Assembly (NCBI RefSeq): GCF_006345805.1
Contig: NC_043018.1
Location: forward strand, 12,896,001-12,960,000
DNA length: 64,000 nt
Origin: Octopus sinensis
Taxonomy: Eukaryota
Reading direction: 5' to 3'
Position 1 is the stretch's first letter. Each line of letters starts with the position of its first letter. The translations under genes and the position numbers were made by a program. Under the pieces are notes generated by a model. The model worked only from the letters and a program-made list of their open reading frames with translations, did no database searches and was not told the DNA's origin. Below, one piece after another: positions 26,027-37,788 of the stretch.

Positions 26027-26949
26027 CTTGACCCCCTTTTTATTTTTTTCTGCTCTACATCTTAGAGTGTGCTTCTCCAGATTTACGTTTTCTACAAACG
26101 AGACACACACACACACCATAAGCGTATCTGTGAATGTGTGTGTGTATGTATTCATTCCTTTATTTTATTTGTTTTATTAGATTACAGCCATGCTGGGGCA
26201 CCACCTTGAATTTTTAGCCGAGTGAATCGACCCCAGTACTTTTTTTTAAATCTGGTACTTATTCTATCGAACTCTTATGCCAAACCGCTAAGTTACGGGT
26301 ACATAAACACACCAACACCGATTGCCCGAGTTTATAGTAGAAGACACTCGCACACATGCACGTAGAGAAAGCTATGGGCTTGAGAAGTGTACGGCCTTGT
26401 GACACTTTAGGAAAAGGGCCTTCTAGCACAGCCTTAGGTTGGATAATGTCTTGTACATGAAACTTAGATTTGGTACACAGAAACTGTGGAAGGCTATCGT
26501 GTGTGTACACATCTGTAAGTATATGGATGTTTATGGATGTGTGTGTGTGTATAATATAGGTAGAGTAAGTCCTCTTGAAGCACATCTGCTTATTCCAGTA
26601 TTACAATGCTGGATGTAGTTGGTGTCGTATTGATGTGAGGTACATATTAAAGTTGAAAATTCTGGAAATAATCTCTCTCTCTCCATATATATATATATAT
26701 ATATATCAAAAGGATGTGTTATAATACTATTCCACAGCCCTACCAACAATCCAATAATGCTAATCCACATATACAAAAAGAGCCATACCAACATTCCAAC
26801 TACCTCCCATCATCAGCTGCCCCACGGATATAATTATGGTTTCGACACCTGGGCAGTACCATTCAATCCGGCGGTGTCAGCAGCACTAAAATAAGTGTTG
26901 TCTGGGAACAAACAAACCAAAGAAACCACAACTTTCGAGCACATTTATC

Positions 26950-27710
26950 CGATCCACAACCGTATCGATAAATAAATTCCATAAGTAAATTACAACCACT
27001 CCTTAATACGTAACTAAACAGCGATGGCTCTATTAAGTCATAAAAAATTATAATCCCTACCGTCTTTCATAGTGTAATATAAATGTAAAGCTTAATAACC
27101 ACATTATTTCAATCAATCAATACGTAGGCAGGATTAAGCACTAACTTTACTAACAAGAGACATTTAAACCAATGTACATTGTATCAGTATTAATTGTAAA
27201 CTGCAATTACTAAATTATATGCTAAATTGCGATCCATCTTTAAGTCCATATAAATAATAATCCCACCGGTCTTCCATAGATGCCACTATAATGAAAGTTC
27301 AAACGTTATAAAATTATTTCCTAACAAAACACGATTGGAATTAATTTCATATTTTTATGAGCGAAATACATTATTTCATCATTAAAAAGTTAATAATAAA
27401 ACACTGCATACTCTTTAATATATCACCACTACAAGTTATAATATTAAATTACCAGTGACTAATATACACTTGAATTTCATTAAATAGGAACTAATAAAAG
27501 TACTTCTAATAAACTAAAACATATAAATGTGAAACAAGATAGGAAAAAATAGTACTCGAATACTAGAGGTAGAGTAATAGCTTTATTATTATTATTATTA
27601 AAGCTGCAAAACGTCACAAAATATCACCAAAAAACTGCTACTCAGAGTTTCACGTTCCTGTGAAACTAACAGATTTTGGTGATTTTTTTACAACTTTAAT
27701 AATAATAAAG
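26950..27710 (+). mobile_element. Degenerate Penelope-like element 3' part (GIY-YIG remnant, terminal repeat, fold-back)
   Basis: V*YKCKA...QYVG at about 27072-27129 resembles the GIY-YIG VIYKC...YIG motifs; 27519-27656 is the reverse-complement homologue of 25672-25790; imperfect hairpin at 27581-27710. Confidence 0.45.
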
Positions 27711-27753
27711 TATGTACGTCTGTATCTATGTATGTGTGTGTGTGATGATGATG

Positions 27754-27814
<61 letters not shown>

Positions 27815-28099
27815 CTGAAAAGAAAACTCAAACGGCGTTTCAACTCTATGTATTTGGTATTTACTTACCAGCTCTTGTATTTAGTCACGGCCAGCTTTAT
27901 GTGGCCTTAAGTCAGACAAGAAAGAAGGAAAACTTGAAAATTCTTTTGAAGGAAAGAAGCAGGATGTTAGTTGCAGATAGAATTTTCACAAAAGATTTAG
28001 TAATAAAAGAATTATTAAATCAAAATCTTGGTTTTGTACCTTATTTATATATAAATTACTACAATTAGCCATCATTTTTAATGGCACGGGGCCCAGCTA
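27815..28099 (+). mobile_element. Helitron 3' end (helicase motif VI remnant and hairpin-CTAG terminus)
   Basis: 27856-28068 translates GIYLPALVFSHGQLYVALSQTRKKENLKILL...* (cf. GxYLxxPVFSHGQLYVALSR). gccat/atggc stem at 28068-28085, then gcacgggcccagCTAG|T. Confidence 0.85.
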
Positions 28100-28319
28100 G
28101 TATACACATAAAATACACTTTAATTGAAATACAGTTTCCCCAAAATTAAACATATCTAATATAATAAATGTGAGTGTCAGTGTGTCACACTTTTCCAACT
28201 TTACACCCAGAGGCCATAGCCCAACATATCTTACCACTTTGGAATCAGGCTAATTCCTATGTTTTCATTCGTGTGATTTTTGCAACAATTTTTTATTACA
28301 TGATTTTTAGTGATGAATA

Positions 28320-28445
28320 TGATGATGATGATCATCATCATCATCATTGGGATGTGACTCTGGAGGAAGCAATTGCAACAAATTCTCCGAAACAAGCCAG
28401 GGATCTGTTTGCAGATCTTCCCATTTGGTGTCAGTTGCTTAAAAG
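28320..28445 (+). pseudogene. Helitron RepHel internal fragment
   Basis: DDDHHHHHWDVTLEEAIATNSPKQARDLFADLPIWCQL (end of ORF 28174..28449) resembles the RepHel segment EDDxHWxxTLEEA...PxxLRxLFAxxLxxC. Confidence 0.65.
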
Positions 28446-28554
28446 CTAAATACTAGCTTAAAAGCCAGCCTATTGGGCAGTTTTTAAGTTAGTACGTATA
28501 TATATATATATATGTGAATGATGGCTGTCCACTTGTGACCAAGGAAGACCATTA

Positions 28555-28925
28555 CTGACCTTTAGGAACATTGTATGCTCTAGGATTAACTCATGTTTCG
28601 CATTTGTGGCTCCATTAGTGGGTAATGAGCCCTGCTATTGACAAGCAGACACAACTGCAAACATTGCAAGCCAAGCGTTCCCCACTCATTGCACTTGCAA
28701 GCAGCATGCTTAAATTCTTCTTTAACCTGTTTCCTCCATCTGTGGCGATGACAGGTATTGCTCTCCTAGTCGGTCTCCTGCATATCACAGGCCTTTATGA
28801 GGACTTGACACAGTCCTTAAATCACAGCCTTGGTTTCTGTGGGGGGGTCTCTTTCCACCTACAAGTTCCCCATATAACATGTCCAGTCCAACATAACCGG
28901 TGCTTGTGCACCATCGCCTCAATAC
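28555..28925 (-). mobile_element. BovB-like RTE LINE 3' fragment
   Basis: Minus strand [19 protein letters not shown]...YGELVGGKRP..KPRL*FKDCVK...ACNVCSCVCLSIAGLITH (C-terminal zinc-finger-like end). Confidence 0.75.
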
Positions 28926-28949
28926 TCAAGATATAACATACACACACAC

Positions 28950-29028
<79 letters not shown>

Positions 29029-29029
<1 letters not shown>

Positions 29030-29417
29030 TAGCAGTATCACCTGGCATTGCTCAGGTTTGTTTCGACCCTTTAGAATTGGAATTTCTGAAAAGTAAAAAT
29101 TTTGCATTATGTAGCTTGTTATTCTCTTTAAGTGAGCATTTTTCTGGTTGAAATACGCCGAAAAATGATGACACAGCAGTAAAAAAATCTTAAAAAATAG
29201 GGATTTTCATAGAAAAAAAGCTCCTTTTTGATGTAAATAATTTTTGGTGTTAACATGGTCCGATTTGAATATTTTCTTCTACGGAGTGAAGAGCAAGCCT
29301 TCTTCTATCATACTCTCAATTTTGGTCAACTTGCGCTGCAGGGTCTCAGAGAAGATAGTGTTAGTTGAAGGCTACCAAACCTGCCACACACAGACAACTT
29401 CAGCTTTATATATATAT
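29029..29417 (-). mobile_element. Non-autonomous Helitron
   Basis: Minus-strand 3' end acctgagcaatgccaggt hairpin + gatactgCTAG|T; 5' end tatatatataaagctgaagttgtctg is typical of Helitron-N starts (terminal TC not intact). Confidence 0.7.
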
Positions 29418-29976
29418 GTGTGTGTCTGTGTCTGTGTTTCTTGCCCCACCATTGCTTGTCAACTGATGCTGATGTGTTTATGTCCCCATAACTTAGCAGT
29501 TCAGCAAAAGAGACTGATAGAATTAGTACCAGGTTTTAAAAAGAATTAGTTCTGGTATTGATTTCTTCAACTAAAACCCCTTAAGGCCATGCTACAGCAT
29601 GGCTGCAGTCAAATGAGTGAAACATGTAAAAGTATAAAAGAATTTATTGTTGCCCTTTTTTATGTAACTGCTTTGCCGCCATGCTTCCGTGGCCCCAGCG
29701 GGATTTTTCTGAGGCAGATTTTCGTCTCCTGGCTGCCCTTTTTACTGTCAATCCTCAGTATTGGCCATGGGCTTCTTTCAGTTTCCATCTTTCAAATCCT
29801 CTCACACAACTTTGATTGGGTCCAGCTCTACATTAGAAAATACTTGCTCCTAAGGGCCATGCAAGTGGGACTGAATCCGAAACCATGGAGTTGGGAAGCA
29901 AACTTCATAAGGGTGCAGCCATGCTTTCACCTTCTCACTCTGTCTTTTGTTCTCTGTATTTGTATGTTTATACAGA

Positions 29977-30017
<41 letters not shown>

Positions 30018-31374
30018 CTGTCTGTGTTTGTATTTCTTTGTAAGATTCAAGTTCATAGAAGGGAGATAACTTTGCTCAGCTAATTCATTTGATAAACATA
30101 GTTCAATAAAATTAGTACAAGTGTAATTAGTAGGGTTGATATAATTGATTAAGACCCATTAAACTGGTGCTCCAGCAAGGCTGCACTCTTATGACTGAAA
30201 CCGATAAATGAATAAAGGAATTTATGTCTGTGTATATCAGTACAGATTAAAATGTTTGCTTCACAATCTTGTAGTTCTATGTTTGATTCCATTACGAGGG
30301 CAGCACCTCAGGTTGTCTTTAACCGTCTCTCTTGAATTAACCAGTAACTTATAAGTGAAATTTGGTGGACAGAAATTTTGCTAGCGTCAAAGACTCGAAT
30401 TGCTGAGGCATGGAATAAACTCCTCACATCAGTTGTTAGCTGTTAGGGCACTCCAGCCTTCCAGAAATTCGCCAACTCTACATCTGATGTTCCTTTTTGT
30501 TTTTTTCTTTAGCATGACTCCTTTACTGTTCGTTTTCCGCTTTTTTGTGCATCATTTTATGCACTGCACATACACTTTTGGCTACCTTTTCTGATGAGTT
30601 GTAGTGCACCTGAGTACTGTACATAATAAAAGGGTATAGACTCCCTTCAGTCCCAAATGTCCATGGGATAGCACCTAGAAAATTTCCCTTTGAAGCACAA
30701 ATCTGGGCAAGGTTGTTTCATGGAAGACCAGCAGTCATCCATGCATACCAGTCTCCCCTCTCCGTGCCACTGATTTTATCCAAGGGAAAGACAAAGGGGC
30801 CGATACACCTTGGCACCAGTCATCTCATAACTCATTTCTACAGCTGAGTGAACTGAGGCAGCATGAAATAAAGTGTCTTACTCAATAACACATCACATAC
30901 AGGAATCGAACTCGCTACCTCACAATTGTAAGCCCGATGCTCTAACCACTGAGCCATGCATCTTCACTGTAATATGATGAGTTCATTATATATGTGTGCA
31001 TGTGTTTGTGAAGAAAAGGCAAGAATCTTCTAACCTTTGAGACACTTGTTACCATTTTCATGTTCAACGTTATAGAATGTGGAACATTATTAAACTAGCT
31101 GGAAGTCTCAAACTCAACCAAGTTCATGAAGCAGGTAGAGACTTGTAAGAATCTAAGAACATGAGGAATGTATTAGAAGATGGTTTGTAGAGATTTGTTA
31201 AGGAATGGTAGGTTTGATGGTATTACGCTCCTCTCTACTGTTGTTGCAAGTGCAGAGTACCATAACAATTCTCCATCACTGACAACTTACAACAGCATCT
31301 AATCTGTTCTGACATCAGGTAAATGAGGCAGGGAATATTTTCTACCTTGCTCATTGCAGAGATGTGCACCTATG

Positions 31375-31411
<37 letters not shown>

Positions 31412-33391
31412 TGAGTGTGTGTGTGTGTGTGTGTGTGTGCATATAACAAAAGAAATAGGAAACATCTTTGAACTAATTAGCTACTATTTTATTTATTTTC
31501 ACCTGTAGTTCAATGTACTGCAGTGCACTGGTGCATTGTAAAGGATATTTAGGTGCACCACAGATTTAAAAAAAATGTAATTTAAGGCTTTAGAAATTCT
31601 ATCTTAGTGTCTGGGTACAATTTACGATTCTCTCCTACAACATGGTTAATAAAACAAAGCAGGCAGTAACTGTTTTTTATATTTTTTCTAAAATTTAACT
31701 TTAAAACATTTTCTTTTTAATTTTCCATGCAAGGTATACCAGTCATTATTTAATCTCCAGGGTACCGGAATATTTAAATTCAACTGCATTTTTTTCTACT
31801 TGATCTTCAGGGTGCCACAAAGTCAAATAGACTGTGAGTCACCTGTTTAGACTTTGTTTTTGTTGTGTAGCCCCAGGCCATCTCCAAATAGGCAGGCTTG
31901 TGTGTAAAGGTGTTCCCTCCACAAGTAGCCCTTATAACACACTTTTCTATCACTCTCCCCTCTTATTGGTTTCAAATTTTTGGCACAGGGTCAGTAATTT
32001 TGGGGCAGGATTAAGTCGATGGCATCAACCCTTGTGTTCAACTGGTACTTATTTTACTGACTCCAAAAGGATGAAAGGCAAAATTGACCTCAGCGGAATT
32101 TGAACTCAGAACATAAAGACAGATAAAATGCCAACAAGCATCTTGCTTGGTGTGCTACCAATTCTACCAGCTCGCTGCCTTACTCTTCCCTTGTATTACT
32201 CCCTTGTCTATCACTCCTGCCACTCCTGCCACTCCTGCCACTCCTGCCACTCCTACCAATGTCTCTGTTGCTCTTAACTTCTCATGCTTCTAGTACTCCT
32301 ACTTTTCTTATTCCTCTTCTCACTCTCACTGTTTTATCTTCTTGGCATGGCCTAAGATAGTGAACAGCATTGTTTCCAGTGGATCTAGGGATGCCAAGGG
32401 ACCTTTCTGGCTCTCTCTCTTTCTCTCTGTCTCTTACATTTATCACTCTAGCTCTCTTGTCCATTTTGAGGGATCTGCATAAGGAATCTCATCAGATCTG
32501 CATCTACCCCACTCGCTCAACCTGTACTCCCTACTAGCCATTTGGTATTGGCTTCCGTCATTCACTCACATCCTTCTATCCATAATTTTTTCATCCCTAC
32601 CCTCTCTAGTGTTGGTGCCATGATATAAACTGGATTCAGTTCATTCTGTTAAGTGTAGGGGTGGAAGGATCCTTTACACTTGTCAAAGACATGACAATTT
32701 CTCTAGTTCTGGTGCCATAAAAATGCACTCAGTACACTCTGAAGTAGGTGATATTAAGAAGGACATCAAGCTATAGAAGCCAAATAAGAAAAATGAATCT
32801 TATGAGAGAGATGTGGTCTTCTGACTCATCTGACAGAGCAACATTGACCTGTCCAAACTATGCTAGCATGGACAACAGATACAAACTGACAATGACGAGG
32901 ACAGGAGTATTTAATTTGTTCTTCTTTGTTGGGATAGAAAGTTGTGGACAGTTGTGTGATGAGTGGATACTCTAAAACAACGAGTGTAACAAAAGTGTGT
33001 TGAATCTCAGTGGAATTGGGAATAAAAAAGCAACAAACAAGACATCCCTCATCACACATTTTAGAATCTTATTTCATTGAGCTTATTATGTGTTGTTAAA
33101 CGGTTCCTAAATATGGCTTTCAACAATTATTGAGAGGTTTTTTAGATCTGTTTCTGCTTTATAATAAATAATAATGTAAACAATTTATATTAGATTCATT
33201 TTAAATTAGTATTGAAATCATAAATAAAACCCATTTTTTGCTTTTGCTTTCATGCAAACGAAAACCTTTTCACTTTTACATCCTTTCAAGCAGCACTTTA
33301 TATGTTCCCTTTGAAGTGTAACATATCAACAGGTAACCATCACCTGTAAAATAACGTTTTATACATGCATATTATTATCATCATTATTATT

Positions 33392-35631
33392 GTTTTTTAT
33401 TTTACTTTTAATCTGCATGTTTGTTACAGTCACTTGCCAAGACACATCCAGCATCCTGGTGCAAGTGAAGGATAGAGATGTTACAGTATGACAGAAAGCC
33501 TGGGGAGGGGCAGTAGTGAAATATCCTCATGTAATACAACACAGATATTTAAATGGATAGGATTTTTCTAAAGATGTGGGCAGTACTTGTCAGCACAATC
33601 TTTTGCATTTCTCTGAGACATGGTTCTCCTGGGATATTATCTAGATGTTTCTGACATCCCATTTTTATCATACCTAGGGCACCCACAATAACAGGAACAG
33701 TTCTCGCTTTAAGATGCCACATCTTTTGTATTTCAATTTCCAGGTCCTTATATTTACTTAATTTGTCAAATTCCTTTACAGATATATTTTTAACTATGAG
33801 AACATTTACATCTATTAATCTGCAAGTATTTTCTTCCCTGTCTTTAATAATTATGTCTGGTCGATTAGCCTGGATTGTTCTGTTAGTGATGACTGGAAAA
33901 TCCCAGAAGGTAGTGACTTTTTTACCTTCAACGATTGGCTCAGGATGATGTTCATACCAGTAAGCAGGAGTGTTGATTTTGTAGTGTTCACATATTTTCC
34001 AATGTAAATACTGTCCTACCTTATTGTGGCGATTTTTGAGTTTGTTTGGTGTCAACACAGAGCTCTGTAAGATTCCAGTTAATGATGTTGAAACTATATT
34101 GGACTACTGGAAGTGCCAGGGTGTTTATGGCTTCAATACGATTTTTTGAGTTGAGTTCAGTTTTTAGTTTGAGTCTTATTCTCCTGTAAAACTTCTTTCT
34201 TATTTTTTCCTTCGTGATAGCCTGTTGTATACCATCTCCTTCGTTTATCCTCAGGTATTTGTAATTTTTTTGTGGGTCATGCTCCTTGATGGCAGCATCG
34301 GTATCTAATTCAATGGAAGCCATTTGCCTGAGCTTGCCTCTTACAAAAGTTGCTTTAGCACACTTATCAAGACCAAAGTCCATCCCGATGTCATTACGGA
34401 ATCCTCTGACAGTTGTTAGCAGCCCTGCTTGTTCTTTATCATTTCTAGCAAACAGCTTCTGATCGTCCATATAAAACAGATGGTTTATTGTCGTATTGTA
34501 AACTTTGAACCCATACCTGGTGTTATTTAGTTCGTTTGAGAGTGAGATCAGTGCCATGCCAAAGAGTAATGGGGAGAGGGGGTCACCTTGAAAGATGCCT
34601 CGTTTGATGTTGATATTGTTAGTTTGGCTCACTCCATTACTATGATTTAGAAGGAAATGTGTGTTCCACTTGGCCATGCTCCCTAGTAAGCATTCTGGAG
34701 ATGACAGGAGGGATCTTATATACCTCAAGGGCCTTGAGTATCCAATTATGTGGGACACTATCAAACGCTTTCTTGTAGTCCATCCATGCCATTCTCAGGT
34801 TCTTCTTTTTGCTTCAGCAATCCTCTACAATCATTTCATTTAAGAGTAATTGATCTTTGCACCCATAAGAATTCCTTTTACAGCCTTTTTGAGCTTCTGG
34901 AAAGATAGATCTCTGTTCAAGGAAAGTGTATATTCTGTCAGTTAATATGCATGTGAGGATCTTGTGGGTGGTGTTGAAACATGTTATTGGTCAGTAATTC
35001 TTTGAATTTCTTATGTCTTCAGTTTTTGGTAGAAGGTATGTTGTTCCTTCGGTCAGCCAGGCAGGTATTTGCTCTGGGTTCTGGATGACATCAGTCAGAG
35101 ATGCAGCAAAATTTTGGTCTGCTTCTGTCAGACAATTTAGCCAGAAGTTAGGAATTCGGTCCAGTCCTGGGGTTTTCCATTTGTGAAACTTCCTAAGAAC
35201 GCATCTTAGCTCTTCTACTCCTATTGCCTCCTATTTCTGCTCTTCATCTTCATCCAGTCTCACTTTCTCATGCTCTATCCAGTCAGCTTTAGCATTATAT
35301 TCTTTTTTGTTGCTCCATATCTTCTTCCAGAACTCTTCCATTTCCTCAGTCATAGGTGGCTCCTTTACTTCCATCTTACTTTTACCAATTTCCCTATAAA
35401 ATTTCTTTGCATCTACCTTGAATATCTTTTGTCGTTAACATTTGATTCTTTTGTCATACCTTCTAAGCTGTTGGGCATCCACTTGTATTCATTGTTTCAA
35501 TTGTTCCTTGGTTGCAGGCAGGTGTATAAAATCTTTGATTTTATATTTTTGCTTGATTTTTCTAGCTCGTTTCATCCTAACAATTACTCCTCTGGCAAGT
35601 TCATTGAGAACTGATACATCCACCCACAGAG
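33392..35631 (-). mobile_element. R4/Dong-like RLE non-LTR retrotransposon, 5'-truncated and internally deleted
   Basis: RT motifs KWKTPGLD, QKGC, QGDPLSPLLF, HLFYMDD, FGLDKC (ORF 34021..34764 and upstream). RLE motifs RHN, NRPDI, LIDV, KLSKY (ORF 33549..34058). (AAT)-like tail at 33370-33391. Confidence 0.9.
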
Positions 35632-35658
35632 ATTATTATTATTATTAATATTATTATT

Positions 35659-35996
35659 TTTTTTCTTCTTTCAAATTTGCTTCCATTTCTTGCCGAGTGT
35701 CTTCCCGACTCCTAGGGCAAAGAAACTGATAGTATACATTAGTAGGCCATTAAACTAAACTCAATAGTTCGTTCATTTTTTTTTTTTTAAGTTAAATTAA
35801 AATACATGGGTAGTAATATTTCTCACATCGACAATGCTCTTCTCAATACGTGTGATGTACCAGTTAAGACAATCTTTTGCACTTCTAGCAGGGATGGTAA
35901 GCCAGGGATCATTCTCATATAATTTTCGGTTCCCTTCTTGATCATTCCTAGTGCTCCTACGATCACTGGTATTGTAACCACCTTGAGAGTTTGAAG
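35659..35996 (-). mobile_element. Second R4/Dong-like element, heavily 5'-truncated
   Basis: Minus strand LKVVTIPVIVGALGMIKKGTENYMRMIPGLPSLLEVQKIVLTGTSHVLRRALSM*, paralogous to the C-terminus of ORF 33549..34058 but with a different 3' UTR; (AAT)n at both ends. Confidence 0.85.
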
Positions 35997-36035
<39 letters not shown>

Positions 36036-36060
36036 GTTATTATTGTTATTATTGTTATTA

Positions 36061-36091
<31 letters not shown>

Positions 36092-36165
36092 GATTGTTAT
36101 TATTATTATTATTATTATTATCATTATTATTATTATTATTATCATTATTATTATCATTATTATTA

Positions 36166-36208
<43 letters not shown>

Positions 36209-36227
36209 GATGATTGTTATTGTTATT
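35997..36227. repeat. (ATT)n microsatellite with GTT/ATC/ATG variants
   Basis: About 230 bp; source of the poly-I and poly-N ORFs. Confidence 0.97.
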
Positions 36228-36545
36228 GAGTGAGAGAGCAGCACATGCCATCAAAGTGATGCTGGGGTACAAATATATGAAGCTCTATACCCATCTAACA
36301 AGGGTACACCATGCACATGCATCACACCCACATGTGTGTGACATAGTGACCTCATATCAAGATGAACAGTGCATTACTTTGCAATTGGAGCCCAGTTAGA
36401 ATTTTCTTCAGGTTCAGTAGCTCATCCAGCTCAGAAAGGTCCCTGAGTAACGCTATTTTAAAGATGATGAACGAAATATATGTTTCCAGAGGTGAATTAT
36501 TCAAACTCCAAAGAATCCCTCTCAACACATGGCTATGCCGTGGCT
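36228..36545 (-). mobile_element. Unclassified AAT-tailed retroposon-like repeat
   Basis: Non-coding segment whose minus-strand 3' end (gctgctctctcactc) runs directly into (AAT)n; recalled as a common octopus repeat, not verified. Confidence 0.4.
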
Positions 36546-36549
36546 TTTG

Positions 36550-37564
36550 ATGTGCACACATGCACTCAAGTTGTGCCACCTGCAATGATATCTAGAAGGT
36601 GAATGTGTGTGCACTGTGTTTGTGGGGCACATATTTCTGCAACTCGTCTCTTTGACGGAGCTGCAGTTCTGGGTGAAGGGTAGACCAAGACTGGGTGCCT
36701 GGCACTCACTGTCCTCTACCAGTCAGGCAATAGGATTGGTGGATATTCCACTTTAGCTATTTATAGAGGATTAGTTGTTGGAGACTGTGGTGTTGATGAA
36801 GATTAACTGACCAGTCTATTCTGGAGGACTTTTCGGTTGGAGATTATTATGAATAATTTCCAGCTGTCTTTGGCTTGGCAGTGCTACTGGTTTGAGATAA
36901 ACTCTACAGGCATGGGTGATGTGCTGTCAGACAGGCTTCTCCGAGGCGCGTGCACTCGTTCAGTGTCCGGGCATTGCTGACTTGTGGAGTTATGTCAAAC
37001 AGCTGCTGTTGCATGTGGGATGGATCCGTCTGTTGTCTGAGTCCAGAGTGATGATTGCCCTGCCATCCTCCTTTGATTGGGCAGGCAAGGTAGTTTTCCT
37101 TTGCCTTGTGGCTGTGGCGAAAGTGGTTGTCTGGTGGATGAGGCTGAAAGGAATGAGGACAGAGACATTTCTCTTTGGTAAAGCCCTCATCGACTTTTTC
37201 CAGTTTCACTTGAAAAGGAAAGTGAGGGTGGAGAGGGAGGTGCTGTCCTCAAATGACTTGATGAAAAAAAGGTGGGTGAAAGTTGTGAAAATGGCAAGAG
37301 TGGATGGTAGCACTTTTAGTGTAGACCTGTGAGTCAGAGGAAAGGAGTTGGAAAAGGTATCTGTCCATGGTATTCAGGATGATCTTGCATGGTAAAGTTC
37401 CTTGATCTTCCCTAGAGGTCCACCTGTGCCAGGAGGAGCCTCACCGTCACAATTTTTTCCCCTTTATTGCTGTATACTTCACCTCTTTTAATGTATACTG
37501 TGTTTGCTTTTTTTTGTCTTTGTATTGTCCCCCCCTCATCCTTTGCCCTGGTGGAAAATAAAGA

Positions 37565-37565
<1 letters not shown>
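36550..37565 (+). mobile_element. Tx1-like (L1 clade) LINE 3' fragment
   Basis: NNFQLSLAWQCY...RDKLYRHG...ALVQCPGIADLWSYV...AKVVVWWMR (zf-RVT-like region and C-terminus; ORF 36916..37332), a T-rich 3' UTR, and (AAT)n tail at 37566-37613. Confidence 0.65.
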
Positions 37566-37609
<44 letters not shown>

Positions 37610-37752
37610 TATAATAGATTTCACAGTTATTCAAATCTGGTTTCTACCAAGCACACAATCAAATGTCATCTATATATCTATATGTTTTGTTGTTTCAAAA
37701 CATATTGGTCTCAGTTTTTGGCTTAAACTGTAGTTGAGGAAGGTCATGCATA

Positions 37753-37788
<36 letters not shown>

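Noticed and set aside
30585-30630. CTGATGAG as a hammerhead ribozyme core (also at about 1987)
   Set aside because: No matching stem II and GAAAC downstream.
32330-32420. SLGIPRSTG as a Tc1 helix-turn-helix
   Set aside because: A single short motif with no supporting TIR or DDE sequence.
35963-36272. Poly-Ile and poly-Asn ORFs as membrane or prion-like proteins
   Set aside because: Pure read-through of the (ATT)n array.
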